64,000 nt of DNA from positions 4,881,607-4,945,606 of the forward strand of contig JBNZDD010013730.1 in assembly GCA_050575255.1 (NCBI GenBank), read 5' to 3'. A program made the translations under genes and the position numbers. Below the pieces are notes generated by a model. The model worked only from the letters and a program-made list of their open reading frames with translations, was not told the DNA's origin and did not search any database. Position 1 is the stretch's first letter. Each line of letters starts with the position of its first letter. This DNA is from Harriotta raleighana. Its lineage: Eukaryota. Shown in pieces: positions 40,095 through 54,400 of the stretch.

Positions 40095-41085
40095 ATCATA
40101 GAATATTACAGCACAGAAGTTGGCCATTCAGTTCTTTGGAAGTGGCGGCTCTTTGGAAGAGCTGCCCAATCCGTCTCACTCCCCCTATCTTTGCAAATTT
40201 TTCCTTTTCAAGTTCCTATCGAATTCCCTTTAGTAAGTTGTTATTGAATCTGTTTTCACCAACCCTTTCAGGCAGTACATTGCAAACCATAATAACCACA
40301 GCAACAAAATGACATTTATATAGTGCATTTCGGATCGGGAGGATGTCCCAAGGTGCTAGACAGCTAATATTCCGGAACCGAGCTGGGGGTAGGGAATGGG
40401 GAGGGCAGGTTTGGGTAGAAGGTTGATTGAAAGCACGGTCAAAGAGGAGGTTGGTATGAGGCCAGGAAATCGCAGAGGTAGGGGAGAGCAAGGCCATGGA
40501 GGGCTTTGAAAGTGAGGATCTTGAACTGTATCCTCTGTGTGATAAGAGAATAACAACTCACTGTGTGATAAATCCATGTCCCCCTGGTTACCGATCAACC
40601 TGCCACTCCATCCAGCCTATCCAAACCTCTCGTAACTTTAAACACATCTGTTAAATCTCCCTATAGCCTTCTCAGCTCTAAGGAGAACAACCCCAGCTTC
40701 TCTATTCTCTCCATATAATTAAAGACCCTCATCCCTGATACCATCTGGTAAATCTCCTCTGCACTTTAGGAAGGGCCTTGATACCCTTCCTAAAGTGTGA
40801 TGCCCAGAATTGGACACAATACTCCAGCTGAGGCCTAGCCAGTGACTTATAAAGGTTCAGCAGAACTGTTTTGCTTTTGTATTCCATGGCTTGATTTACA
40901 AAGCTAAGGATCCCTTGAAATAACTGTTTGAGCAACTCTTCCAACTCGTCCTGACACCTTCAAAGACCTCTGAATGTGAACGCCCAGGTTTCCCTGCTCC
41001 TGAACTCCATTTAAAACTGTACCTTTTAGTGTATATTGCCTCTCCATATTCCTCCTCCAAAAATGCATCACATCTCACTTCTGTA
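40095..41085 (-). mobile_element. CR1-type LINE fragment(s) interrupted by an L2-like piece
   Basis: Minus-strand LLNLYKSLARPQLEYCVQFWASHFRKGIKALPKVQRRFTR (CR1 RT C-terminus), CR1-like tail aatcatagaat near 40095, and an L2-like purine-rich segment at about 40310-40520. Confidence 0.8.
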
Positions 41086-41277
41086 TATCAAATGCAAGGA
41101 TTATTATTATTAAGTACAGCAATTTGGCAACAACACTGAAGAATCCGTCAGAGACATTCGTGTGCCAATAGTAAAATGCAGAAATATTTGCCAAAACATG
41201 CCAAATTTTTCAGGAAATTGAGGATGAATTGGAATTACCTATAATCTGAACACATTTTCCGAATTGGTAATATAATA

Positions 41278-41968
41278 CAGTAAAACCTTGTTTGTCCGTG
41301 ACTCGATGAACCAGAAAACCCGTTTAACCGCTATCTGAAAATTTGATTTGATTAACCGGAAGTTATCCAGCAGAATAGTGAAGACGCATTTAATGAATGG
41401 ATTGTCGCACGCGAGTACTGGTGCAGTTATATCGGTGGCCACTAGTTGAGCCTAAAGTCGGGCTACTGATGTTTTTTTAAAAACTCGTAATACTACCGTT
41501 TTTTGAAAAAAGTGCCATTTTCCTGTTTTTTTTTCCTCCTTTGGCAGCCATTGTAGAAGTTAAGTATAAATAATAAAGTACTAATATAATATTCTGTTAG
41601 CATAGTATCTGTTATTAGTGTATTTAATCTATTATTTATACAGTATTGTTCAACATTTACATATGTATGTGTGTGTGTACTCTCACTCTCTCTCTGCAAG
41701 TCTAGCCTATTCAATCAATTCAAAATACCTCACAAGAAGGCTTCACAGGAATCGACTGTGCCTTCCCCTCGCTGAGGGTTAGCAGCGTGCGGACAGCAGC
41801 TTTCTGTGTTTGCACAGAGTGGGAGCTGGTAATTGTTATTACTGTGTGAAAATATTTTTTAATTTAATAAACAATTAATTTTAAAAAATGTTTTAACCGT
41901 TTAACCAGAAAACCGTTTAACCGCCATTGGCCAGGTCCTGTGGGTGCCAGATAAACAGGGTTTAACTG
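41278..41968. mobile_element. Non-autonomous Tc1/mariner (pogo/Tigger-like) MITE
   Basis: TIRs CAGTAAAACCTTGTTTGTCCG and reverse complement CAGTTAAACCCTGTTTATCTG (17/21 match), TA on both flanks (41276-77, 41969-70), internal aaccgtttaaccg repeats. Confidence 0.7.
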
Positions 41969-42899
41969 TAATAACATTTGTATTCCAACTTGTCCTTGGG
42001 CTGCATAGTTCAGTTGTCAAGTTGAATAACTGTTAACTTGTAGGCCAACACAACAGCCAATTTGTACACAGCAAGATTTCACAGCATGAAATAAATGATC
42101 AAATTCTATGGATGATTCTTGGTCAAGGCACCAAGTGATAATTTCTTCTCTTTACAAAATCGTAACATGTGATTTCTAACGTGCACCAACAACCTTAGAC
42201 ATTCTGCTTATTTAAACAACTTAGCCAAAAGACACAGTTCAACACATTACTGCACTCTTCGCCTGGTCTATGATTTCCAGTTCCAATGTAGATACAGTAT
42301 ACTGTATTTAGTTCAATATCAATTCAAGAAACGGTTATCAGAATTTGGCTGAGCTATTTTACAAACCTGGTATGAAAAGCATCTGAACAGATTTTTCTTA
42401 GTGCAAGACATTTTAACACATAGAAGAAGCAGCAAAATCACAAATGGCAGGAGGAAATAATTCAACAAGTTAACAAGCTTGAAATAAATCTAATTTAAAT
42501 GTATTTAAATAAACAAATGGGAGATTGGAGAAATTAGAAACTTTGGAATGAAACATAAACACTCAGGGGTATGCCCGGCAGCTGAAGGTGGTTAATTTGA
42601 GTAGGCCCATTAGGATGTTGGCGAGTACAATCAACAGGAGTTTAGTGGGAAGAATCCATGCCCTCAGTCACCAGTCAGCTTCTCCAAGTCCTACCAATAC
42701 CCTTGGCTTGCTGGCTGGATAAATATATCACCATAATAAACAAGGTTCAAACAAACTGAAGGCAAGACTGGAATGTGATTCCCTGCTTTAAGAAAAGTCA
42801 CAGAGCCATAACTGACAATGACAGACTCTTAAGCTGTATTTAATAACGAGTACACTAACATCCCTTGAAGCAAATCAAAGATTTACCTGGGTGGAATAA

Positions 42900-43320
42900 C
42901 CTAATAAAGGACAACTTGCATGGTTCCAGAGAGGGAAAGTCTTGGCTGACTACTTCCCATGGAATTTTTCGAAGAGGTGACAACACCAATTGTCTGTAGG
43001 ACGCCATATGATATAATGGAATACAAGAAAGACTCCTTTACAACCCAAGGTATTAAGTGGAGACCATTCTCAATACGGTTAAATTTGCAAATGACACCAA
43101 ATTAAGGGGATATTGGAACCAAAGTATTATGTAGAGAGCTTCATAGGATATCCCCCTGTGCTGCTAACTAGCAAATACAGTGCAATGGAGATAAATTCCA
43201 GGTTCTGGTTATAGGAAATTAAAATAGAATTCATGTGTACTCCATGGATGAGATCAAACTTGTCAAAGGGGAAAGAAGCTGAAAGAGATCTAGAAGTGTG
43301 AGTTGACTTGGTGTTCGCTA
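42900..43320 (+). mobile_element. Highly degraded CR1-type LINE RT remnant
   Basis: Remnants resembling EFFEEVT (gaatttttcgaagaggtgaca) and KFAxDTKL (aaatttgcaaatgacaccaaatta). Confidence 0.55.
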
Positions 43321-44994
43321 TGTCACAACTTTATCTAATACTGTCATATCAACACTAGTCAGCTCTCATGGTGCACACACAATGTCTTGTACAAAGTATC
43401 TGCAGTTGTGCTTGTCACTGTATTAAGTGTCCATCTCACTTCTTTCTCTCCTTGACACAATTCCAGTTCCATTCCCCCGCATTTACTACCTATCAGGAAA
43501 CATATTTGACTGCCTCCCACTTTGGCCCATTCCACGTTGCAAAATGAAAGCTAACCCTGAACTCTTAAGTCCTCTATCTGTGGATAATAACCAAGAACAT
43601 TTTGACTCACAGCTGAAGGATTGGTGCCATCTGACTTTTCCTATGTTCCAAAGTCATCTTTTTTCTGCCAGCAAAAGTAGCACTTGGATGAAGTATCAGC
43701 AATGTTCTTAAAGTAGTCTTAAACAATGGAAATTACAAAACACACTAACAATGTGTTTTATTGACAATGTTGAATTGTTTAATATCACAAAATAGGTTGG
43801 TTACTTTACTTTACTCTACAATTTCCATCATTAACGCCATTGATTTTATAATGGAATTTTTAGCCCAAAGTTTTCCATCAGCATTTTATCCTTTAGAGGC
43901 TGCACAAGTGTAATTTTGTTGTTGTTGTGGTATCATTTCAAGCAATTTGCAAGAAGCATGTCTCACAGATACATCAATACCATCTATATGTGTCTAATTT
44001 CTGAGTAATATGATGAAAAAAAGTTCAGATATTGACAACATGACATATTTAACTGACATTTTCCTTGCTTATTTAATCTGACATTACAAACAGTTATATT
44101 GAACTGTTCTTTCTCACTTCATACATGCCTGTGGAAAACCTACAGCTCATATTTATTGGCACAAGCACAACTTTAAATGATTGAAAATGACTCGAAATCA
44201 GTCTACAAAAAAGATTTCAGGTGAATGTTAATAACATTTACCATGTTTTTTTCTTTTGCCACCAGAATCTGCATCATTTTGGTGTTTTAAATATATTGTT
44301 AATGTGGAATGTAAAATTTGTTGTTGAACTTTATTAAAAGAAATATATTAAACAAGTACTCCGTCCTTTGAGATACTGGAAAAAATGCTTAATTTGTTGT
44401 TGGTACTGGAATATTTTATTTCATCCCAAAATTATAATAACAAAATAGTGCCTTTCACTTCCCAAGGTGATGTAAATCACTAAAAAAAACTTTTTTTAAC
44501 CTCTTTATCATAGATTCTGTCTTTTTTCTTTGAAGATCAATTTTGGGGGATACTCTATTGGAAAGACAAGAAATCCCCCCAAATGATCTTAACAGAATTC
44601 TATGTTTTCTCTGTTCTCTTATTGTCTAGTTTTGTTTTTGTTTCCCACTAAACCTTTGCTCCAACTCCATCCAACTGGAAGGTAAACTAGATGGAACTTG
44701 GTTTATTATCGTCTAGCATTTCTTATGATCTTAAAAATGACACTACCTATCAGGAAACATATTTGACTGCCTCCCATATTTGAAAATATTGGGCAGGTAA
44801 TTTAGATTAACCTGCTATTAGCGCCTTGTGATGTCTTCCCGACATGAAAGGCGATCTATAAAGGTAATTTTATCTTTTTGTTGTATTAAGCTGTTAAGTA
44901 ATAATAATGAACATTGAATCTGATGTAGCCTCTTCTCACATTGCTATCTCAAACTCTTCATAGAATGTATTTGTTTTGTTTGTTTTTTCTTTTG

Positions 44995-45122
44995 TGTCAC
45001 ATTGACCCAAATTACACCGAACAAATCGATAGAGAAATCTGTGATTAAATAAAACTTGCGCCACAATATTCACTGTCCCAGCAAGGACAAGTTGATCGCA
45101 ACCTATCCAGGTCATCATAACT
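44995..45122 (+). promoter_or_regulatory. ERE cluster, VtgC promoter
   Basis: TGTCAcatTGACC (44995-45007, one mismatch), GGACAagtTGATC (45085-45097) and GGTCAtcaTAACT (45110-45122). HNF4-like TGAACTTTGA near 45324 and TTTAAAA at 45403-45409. Confidence 0.6.
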
Positions 45123-45448
45123 TAGGTATGGTCCATGCCAAGGTACATAAGCAATTTTTCATGAATTTAAAACTTATTTTAACGCTTCAACAAATTCTTT
45201 AAACCATCCAATATTAAACAAAATCTAAATATAATATATAGTTGGGCCTTTATCATCTGGTCAATACCATGATAAATTGACAACCATTTAAATCAAAATA
45301 CTATGCGTTATATGTAACTCCTGTGAACTTTGATACTGATCAAAAGTGGTTTATTCAGCAAAGGTTACCACATAAGTGGTCCCGTGGTATAGAAGCTCAT
45401 GCTTTAAAAGAGATGACTGAATGAGCAAACCTCCATTCACCAATCAAC

Positions 45449-48400
45449 ATGAGGGGAATCATTTTCTTACTGGGTCTAACCCTTGTGGGTAAGTTGGAAA
45501 ATGTTCTACTTAGAACTAGTAGCTATGTTTAGCTATTTTTGCTGTATTCCAAAAAGATTTTGTTTTAAATGTAGAAAAATGTGTTGAAAAAATTTAGAAT
45601 ATTTAACAGAATATTTCCCCTCACTTTCATTTGTTTCTCAATTCTAGGGAGTCACAGGTCGAGAACAGGTAAGAATAACTTCACTTGCTTAACATTGATA
45701 TTTTGCAATATGGGTTTATTTCTGTGTGTTCCCATCAATATTGTAACATAATTCTTTTTTGCCAGTAGAAGACCAATCTAGTGAAAAGAGTTCTCAACCC
45801 AACTTCAGTGAAAGGCAGACCTATGTTTATAAGTATGAAGGTGTGGTTCTGACTGGGCTTCCAGAAAATGGCCTGAACAGAGCAGGTATCAAAATCTCCG
45901 CCAGAGTCCAAATTAGCGCACTGGCACAAACCAACTATCTGATGATGGTAAGATGATTTACTAATATGAATAATAGATGAATAATGCGAGTGCCTACAAG
46001 AAATTAATCTTATTGGGGGACCAAGTGCCTTTATGTGGTGACTTTCACATCGGGAAGACATCTCAAGGCACTTTATAGAGACTAAAAATTGAAGCCACTC
46101 TTGTATATCCTGTGGCTCAGTGGTTAGAGCACTCGTCTTACATGCCTTTCAAGCATGAGACCTGTGTTTGAATCCAGGCAGATCAGGGCGAAACCTTGGG
46201 CAAGTTTCCTTACTCCACACGCCTAATAATAATCCCTCCTAAAAAAAACCACAATAATAAAATTGATCATTTCAATCTATGACTGTTTGTGGGACACTGC
46301 TGTGCGCAATTGGCTGCCGCGTTTCGCCCACAAATATACAGTCAATTCACTTTACAGTATATTCTGTGAAGCGCTTTGGGACGTTGATAAGATGTGAAAA
46401 GCGCTATATCAAATGCAAGGATTATTATTATTATTATTATATCGGATGCTTATTGTGTTCTTGAGCAAAGTTACAAGAAGCCCAATGGGAAAGTGAAGCA
46501 AAACCTATTAGATTGATTATTAATCGAGTTCTAATTTTTGCAGTGTGTTGTATTATGTGGTATCAATTACTCACATAACTGAAGTAAAAAATGCTATGTA
46601 GTCAACTAATTTTTCACAACAATCCTTTGCAATTCTTAGGATTTACCACACTCTGCATTCACAAGACATTTCATCTCCAGTTGGCAAATTGCGTTTTGTT
46701 TTTAGAAAACTCCTCTAAAATACTATTGAAATCGCTTTCTATTTACAATTAAATCAACGTTAGCTTGAACTGTTGCATTTGTCAAAACATTAAAACACAG
46801 TCCGTTTCAAGAAAGAGTAGGGCATTTGCTATGAATGGCTTTGAGAATTGATATGATTCTCTTTTCGGCTCATTTGTATTGCAGATCAAAGACCCTCAGA
46901 TTCAGGAGCTCAATGGCATTGCACCCACTGTACCATTGCCCTCAACAAGTAAACTGTCACAGAAACTGGCAGCAGACCTGACTAGACCTGTGAGGTTTGA
47001 ATACATCAATGGCCGAGTTGGAAAAATCGATGCCCCTGAAACCTTGCCAGATAATATTCTCAACATCCACAGAGGCATTTTGAACTTGCTTCAGATCACC
47101 ATTAAGAAGACCCAAAACGTCTACGAGTTACAAGAGGTAAAAAGTTTCAGTCTTCACGCTTCACCACAAGGTTGTGCATAAGAATTTCTTTTCATGCTGG
47201 CTGTCTTACAATAAAACCATTTTTGCTTTTCCCACCCGCCAGGCTGGAATTGAAGGCATCTGCCAAACAAGGTACATACTTCAAGAAGACAGGAAGAGCA
47301 AACAGATTACTGTAACAAAATCAAAGGATTTAAGCAATTGTCAGGACAGAGCCATGCAACAAATTGGTGTGGCTTATGCACTACCCTGCCCTACCTGTCA
47401 ACAGGTAAACATGCTATTTTGAGTTTGTTCTTGATATTTTGTTATTTACTGTATATATCTCAAACTAAGGACCAGATTCTCTATTAGATATATGACTCAC
47501 GAAGCCCTGTAAAGCTCTCATTACCGCAGAATGACACACAATAGGTTGACAATCCAAAGCAGTGCTGGGAGAGCGTTGTGTTGCATTAAACGAACGTTAA
47601 AAATCCCATTGTATTACTCAATGAGGGAATGGAGTTCCTCAGGTTGTTGTTGTTTGCCAGTGCGCTGATTTCGACCATTTTATTTAGCAAAGCTGTTGAT
47701 TTTTACCTCACAAGTTCCCCAAATAAAATCGGTTGCTCATTCCGTGGTTGTTTGTGGTTCACCGCTGTGTGTAAATTGGCTGCCACGTTTCACCTGCAAA
47801 ATACAGTCGGGTGAAACCAATTTACAGTGAAGGGCTTTGAGATATCTCAACAATGTGATAAGACACTATCTCAAATGCCACAGTTAGTTTTATTTTTTAT
47901 AGTTACCTGACTTATGATAGATGGTAAATTAATAGGGCCATGAGAAACTACTCTGATATTCTTTCTTCAGTACATTTTGGAAAGGAATTTTTTTTTTCTG
48001 TCTTAAAGAGAGGCAAGAATCTCCGAAGTACTGTAGCTGTTACCCAACTTCTGAAACCTACCAAATCATCGGGTGCTCTCATCATTGAAGCTGAATCACG
48101 GGAATTGCATCAATTCACACCATTCCACGAACGTGATGGAAGTGCTGTATTGGAGGCAAAGTAAGTGTTTGATGATATCTTACAATGAATTGCATTATCT
48201 TGTTTTTAAACCCCTTCAACTTCCTTGCTCTCCTCTTGAATCTGTCGACTGATGTAAAGGGGAATGCCACATATATTAGTTGCTCTCAGATACACTGGCC
48301 TGTTTTCATGAGTCTAGACAATGTAAGCTTTGGCTACTTCATTAGTGGAGGAAAGGCAGCCAAGTTTCACGCTGAACTCACTGACATCTCTAGCAGGAAG

Positions 48401-51400
48401 CAGCAGAGAGCAAACAGAAACAGGAATTGTTGATTTACTATTTCGAGTCCAGGGCTTCTGGAACCAATGGTGCCTCCATAGAAACTCAGACTGAAATAAA
48501 CAACATACAACCTGCCCTAAGTACTGTATACTGTATAGTTCAATTACAACTTAAGCATTGAATGCATCACATCATAGAATCATAGAATTATAGAATGTTC
48601 CGGCACAGAAGAAGGCCATTCGGCCCATCGAGTCTGTGCTGACTCTCTGACAGAGCAATGTAAGGGTCACACAGCATTTATTAACCCCAATCACCAGCTT
48701 TCTCCCCATAACCCTGCAAACCCGTCTTCCCCAGATACCTATCCAGTTCTCTCTTAAAAGCTGCTATCAAATCGGACCTCACTACCCTTTCAGGCAGATC
48801 TTTCCAAATTTGAACAACTCTCTGAGTGAAAACAATTCTTCTAACCTCCCCTCTGCTTCTTTTGGTAGATATCTTAAGACTGTGACCTTGGGTCACGGAC
48901 ACACCTACCAGCGGAAACAGCTTTTCCCTATCTAGCCTGTCGAAACCTTTCATGATCTTGAAGACCTCTATCAGGTCCCCGCGTAATCTTCTCTGCTCTA
49001 ATGGGAAAAGTCCTAACTTCTGCAGCCTGTCCTCATAGCTAAGATTCCCCATTCCTGGAATCATTCTTGTGAATCGCCTCTGCACCCTTTCCAGTATCTT
49101 AATGTCCTTCCTGTAGTAGTGAGCCATAGGCAGAGCTCACTCACATCGAGTGCAGATTTTCTCCATTGATTTAGAATAAAAGTGGAGAGTTTACCTGTTG
49201 TAATTTCTGTTACTTTATTTTTCAGTATTAATTTCTCACTACAGTATTCTATAATGCAGGATTTTTAAGTCCATTTTAAGTCCATAAACAGTTTTAGACT
49301 TTAGAATTCTGAACGATTCCAGTTCATCTGAGTCTACTAATGAGCTGCTGCCAAAAGAAACAAATTCTCACTCATATTTCCATTTTAAATGTTTATGAGT
49401 TCTGATGAAGGGTCGTGGACCCGAAACGTTGACTCACTTTTCCATTCTCCATAGATGCTGCCTGACCTGCTGAGCGACTTCTGCTTTTGTTTCAGATTTC
49501 CAGCGCCTGCAATATTTTGCGTTTTTTGTTGCCATTTAATATGATGACTGGTCAACGTCATCAGCCAGTTAAAGTTATCAAAATCCCAAAAGAACAAAAA
49601 ATCCCATTTTATATCAATAAAAAATATCAATGCAATCTTTTTCTTTGCAGGCAAAACCTTATCTTAGATGATATCAGAGCAGAAGCTGTGCCTGTGCCAC
49701 AGGTTAAATTTTTCCCCCGTGGAAGCTTGAAATACACTACCGACCGTAGTGTACTCCAGAAGCCAATTCAATTGATGAAATACGACAATCTAGAGGCACA
49801 GGTAAATATTTACCAATAATATCTGTACTTTAGGAAATGCTGTGTGACCCTTACATTTTAAATTTTCATATCTTGCACTTTTCTACTTTCTGTAGATCGT
49901 TAACATCTTGAGATACCTGGCTCAGTACAACCAACAGGAAGTCCGAATGGACGCTCCAGATAAATTTCTTCAACTTATCCAGCTCCTCCGACTTGCCTCA
50001 TTTGAAGCAATTGCAAAAACTTGGAAGCGATTTTCAAACGCAATGGACAGGCAAGATACAGAGGAGTACAGGTAACTAATTAATCAAAGTGACATTAATT
50101 GTAAAATCTAAGATCGATGTCAGGATAGATGTTTATCTGTGTAGTGCCTGTGGAGCAATTATTTTTATATCAAAGACTCAAATAGAAAGCAACCAACCAA
50201 GTTTTTGATGATGATTTGACAACTTCCCCTTGTTCAAGTTAGATCAGTGAATAACAACACATCCTATTTTCCAAGAGTATAAAAAATCTGCGCAATCTAG
50301 TGCCAAATAAATTCAGCTCTATCGCACATAATCCCCTAAAATCTTCACTAACATGACAATCTTATATAAAGAAAGTAAAATCTCATATAAAAGAAGCTGA
50401 CATGGGAGGTAGAAATGGTACCCGTAGCAGGGTACAAATTTATTTTCTGTTGCTGGAATGCATGGCATTGATTGAACAACTAAGATAATCTTTACACTGC
50501 ACAGCAACTCCAGTATGTTTGTCTATTAAATGATGAACGTCCATTGCATTAAAGGTGGAAACTGTTCCCCAACATTTATCGTCATGACTGCAAAATTCCC
50601 AATAAACTTCAAGTAGTCCCGGACTCTTCATCCACCCACACACTGAGGCGAAAAAAAATACACGGCGGATTGAGTAGAATAGAAATAAAATGTTGTGACT
50701 TTATTTCCTAGATGTAGACAATGGCTTTTGGATGCACTTCCCGCAGCAGGAACAGCTGACACCCTGAGATTGCTCAAACGCAAAATTCAAAGTTCGGAAA
50801 TCAAAACCGTTGAAGCAGCTCAGGCTTTGCTTCTTGCAATGCAACAACTCAAAGCCGACCGACAGAGTGTGCCTATAGCTAAAGTGAGTATGGACCAGAA
50901 TCTAGGCTGATACTCTAATGCATGGCTGGGGAGTGCTCAATGGTCAGAGGTGTCAGATGAGAAAAGTGAAGATTAATCTCCTCTGTGTGTCTTCCGTATA
51001 GGAACTCCTCGCCGTCGATCAAATAAGACAATCTCCCATCCTTCGCAAAATTGCAGTTCTTGGATATGGTTCTGTGGTGTACAGATTCTGTGCAGAGCGA
51101 CAATCCTGCCCCGAAGATGTCCTGCAGGTAACATGATGCAGTTTAATAATGTGAGAAATTATCTGTATTACTGTTTATGGTTTGTACAAATGTCTCACAG
51201 AGGGTTTTTTTCCGTTCCAGCCACTCCATGATCTGCTTGCCGATGCTGGCAGACGTTCCCACGAACAAGAGATCGTTCTTGGCCTCAAAGCAGTCGGTAA
51301 TGCTGGACAGTCAACAAGCTTAAAACGTATTCAGAAATTCTTGCCTGGCTTTGGCAGTGCCGCAGTCAATCTCCCACTAAAGGTTCAGGTTGACGCTGTG

Positions 51401-54400
51401 GCTTCGCTGCGTAACATTGCAAGGAGAGATCCACGAAAGGCAAGACAAGCATTCCTCTTATTTCAGCACAAAAAAACTACTACGATTAATTTGACTAAAT
51501 TATTTTTGTTAAAGTTTTCCAAAATCTGTAACGTAACATATTCATCCACACCATTAAAAATATTTCCTTTTTTTTGTGTAGAATAAATTAACAAATGTTT
51601 CTGTGAGTGAATTTTTTGATATCATATGCACGGATTATTTCTTATTATTATCATTTTATTTCTTTCGAGACAGGCACAGGAGATTACCATGCAGATATTT
51701 ATGAACCGAAGAAATCACCCCGAAGTCCGAATGATGGCCTGTGCAGTTCTGTTCTCTACCCAACCTAGTTTAGCTTTAGTAGCGGCAGTAGCAGATTCTC
51801 TGCTGCAAGAGACCAGCTTACAGGTTGCCAGCTTCACATATTCACACATGAAAGCCCTGTCAAGAAGCTCACTTCCCTCTCTCAATTCAGTGTAAGTATT
51901 CACAGATTTGAATGAAAACATATGTTGGTGACAATTAACAAGCTTAAGTGCCAAAAAATGTAAGGGTTAGATTTCAGTGGATTCATCCTACTTTTCAACC
52001 TCTTCAGGCTCCCAACATGATTATCCTAGTTAACAGATAGTCTCCTGGGTGGTTAACATGCTCTCCCTGGGATTTGCACTTGCTTCAAGGTCGTCAAGTA
52101 ATCAAAAGTACTATTGACTAGCTGTAGCAGTTTTGAAATGTCTCATAACACTTCGCCAGTTATTACTGTCTCCTTAGTCACTTTGTTAGGGAAATACAGC
52201 AGCCATGATGTGCAGATTGAGGTCCCACAAATAGTCATGACCAACAAATCTATTTTTTTGAACCAGGGGAAATTCCCTTCTCTGTTTGAACAGTGAGAAC
52301 ATCAATATCTTACCCAAAAGATGCCTCCAAAAGTANTATTTTTTTGAACCAGGGGAAATTCCCTTCTCTGTTTGAACAGTGAGAACATCAATATCTTACC
52401 CAAAAGATGCCTCCAAAAGTGAAGCAAACACCCTGAACTGGACATTACTGAGTCAATGCAGTAACCCAACTACCGTTTATTTTAACAGGGCTGCTGCCTG
52501 CAATGTGGCTGTCAAACTTCTAAGTCCCAAACTTGACCAACTTGGTGCCAGATACAGCAAGGTTTTCCGTACTGATATGTTTAGATGTAAGTACTGTAAT
52601 GGCAAGCTTGTAAATGAAAATGGTATAGCTTGAAGTAGCTAAGCAGCTAAGAGTTTAGATCATCCAGTTATGTCCACAGCATTTTTTGATCAGTAGATTT
52701 TCTCCATAGGTGTTGCTGATCACCAAATATCGAATAGATTCTATTTGATGTACACAAACATATTTATGTCATTTAAAAAAGGTAGATTGTAAACAAAAAA
52801 AGTCATTGACTTTGGTTCAAATGTTATTTGAAGATTCAATGACGGTAGTGACTTTTCGCTAGCTGGAATTTATTTTTGCTTAACAAACCACAAGAACCCG
52901 GGAAATTCAATGCATCTTTCTTATTCAGATAATCTGATGACAGGAGCAGCAGCTAAAGTGCTTCTGATGAACAGTGCTGGCAGAGTCATACCAACATCAA
53001 TTCTGGCCAAAGTTCGAGGTCATGCCCTTGGCTCTTCAGTAGATCTTGCGGAGGTAACCAAACTAATTCAATCTGAAACACGCATCTTTAACTTTCCCGT
53101 GAACGTGGCCTATCTGCATGGAGTTTTTGTGGAAAAAAAAATGTCAATGTTTTTGTTCAACCCACCAAGGTTGGCTTGCGAGTAGAAGGTCTTCAAGAAG
53201 CTCTACTGAGAAATAGAGTAACACTCAGTGGCAGACCGAATATTGAAAAGATTCAGCGTATTTTAAAAATGGTAAGAACAATTCAGCAGTATCATTTGTT
53301 CTACAAAGTTCTGTCCCTGCGATAGATTAAGGTCTTGTTAATTTTTTATTTTTCAAGCTTGTTCATTCATTTACAATGTTTTTTTTTTACACACAGCTTT
53401 CAGGATGGAAATCTTTGCCTGAAGAAGTACCACTAGCATCAGCACACTTCAAACTATTTGGTCAAGAAATTGCTTTCGTTGAACTCAGAAGGGATGACAT
53501 TCAACAAGTCACTCAGGTACCAGACAGCCTTACGAGATATGATTTGTAAAATGTACATCCAAATGGAGATGATGGGTGCAGAATTCTTCATAGCTATCGA
53601 GTCTAATGATTCTTATTACACCTTTTTACACAGTCCGTCAGCACTTCAGTACAAAACCAACTCAAGAGATCTGTAGAACAACTCCAAAGGGGAATTAAAG
53701 CACATCCTTCTAAAGCATTGCTATTAGCTGAGGTTCGACGTGTTGTACCTACAGGCCTCGGTCTGGCCATGGAAATTTCCTTGATTACTTCTGCTGTTGG
53801 AGTGGCCAAAATCAATGGTAATATTTGCTTCTATCCCCATTTCATCTGAATGACCCTTCATTGATCAGTTCATTCTTTAGTTTGGAGGACAAATAATACA
53901 GCAACTACCCTCCCAACGAATGCTGTCTGTGTGTTCCTGTGTCCTTTATCTCACTCCAGCTAGCATGGCAAGGAGTAGGTGTAGCTTGTCAGAAGTGGAC
54001 GTGAGGCAAGTCTTCATTGTAGATAAGCGTTAATTGCTAAGTACAGTAGTTTTTAGCAATACAGGAATTAGAAGAGACATTTCTCTCCGACTGGGTATGT
54101 TGCAAGAAATTAAAAATTGTCACTCACTCTACACTCCCTTCTCTCAAACAGTTAAAGCACAGACAACTCCTTCCTCCTTATCAAGAATTTCTGAATTGGT
54201 GAGTGCCAACATTCAACTAGACATCACTCCAAGGTATGTACTTCACCACAATGGTTCTTTATAAAAAATCCTCACAGAAAATATCAATTTTAGAAAAAAG
54301 TTAAATATTCTAGAGAGATGTTATTTTTGATATCTATAGTGGGCTTTCCGTTCATTATACATTTTCAAGGATGTAAATGCATGGATTATAAAATTTGTCT

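Noticed and set aside
48883-48895. TGACCttgGGTCA as an ERE
   Set aside because: The half-sites are everted and lie inside the CR1 fragment.
48681-49127. 148 aa minus-strand ORF as a nested host gene
   Set aside because: It is the C-terminus of a 5'-truncated CR1 reverse transcriptase.
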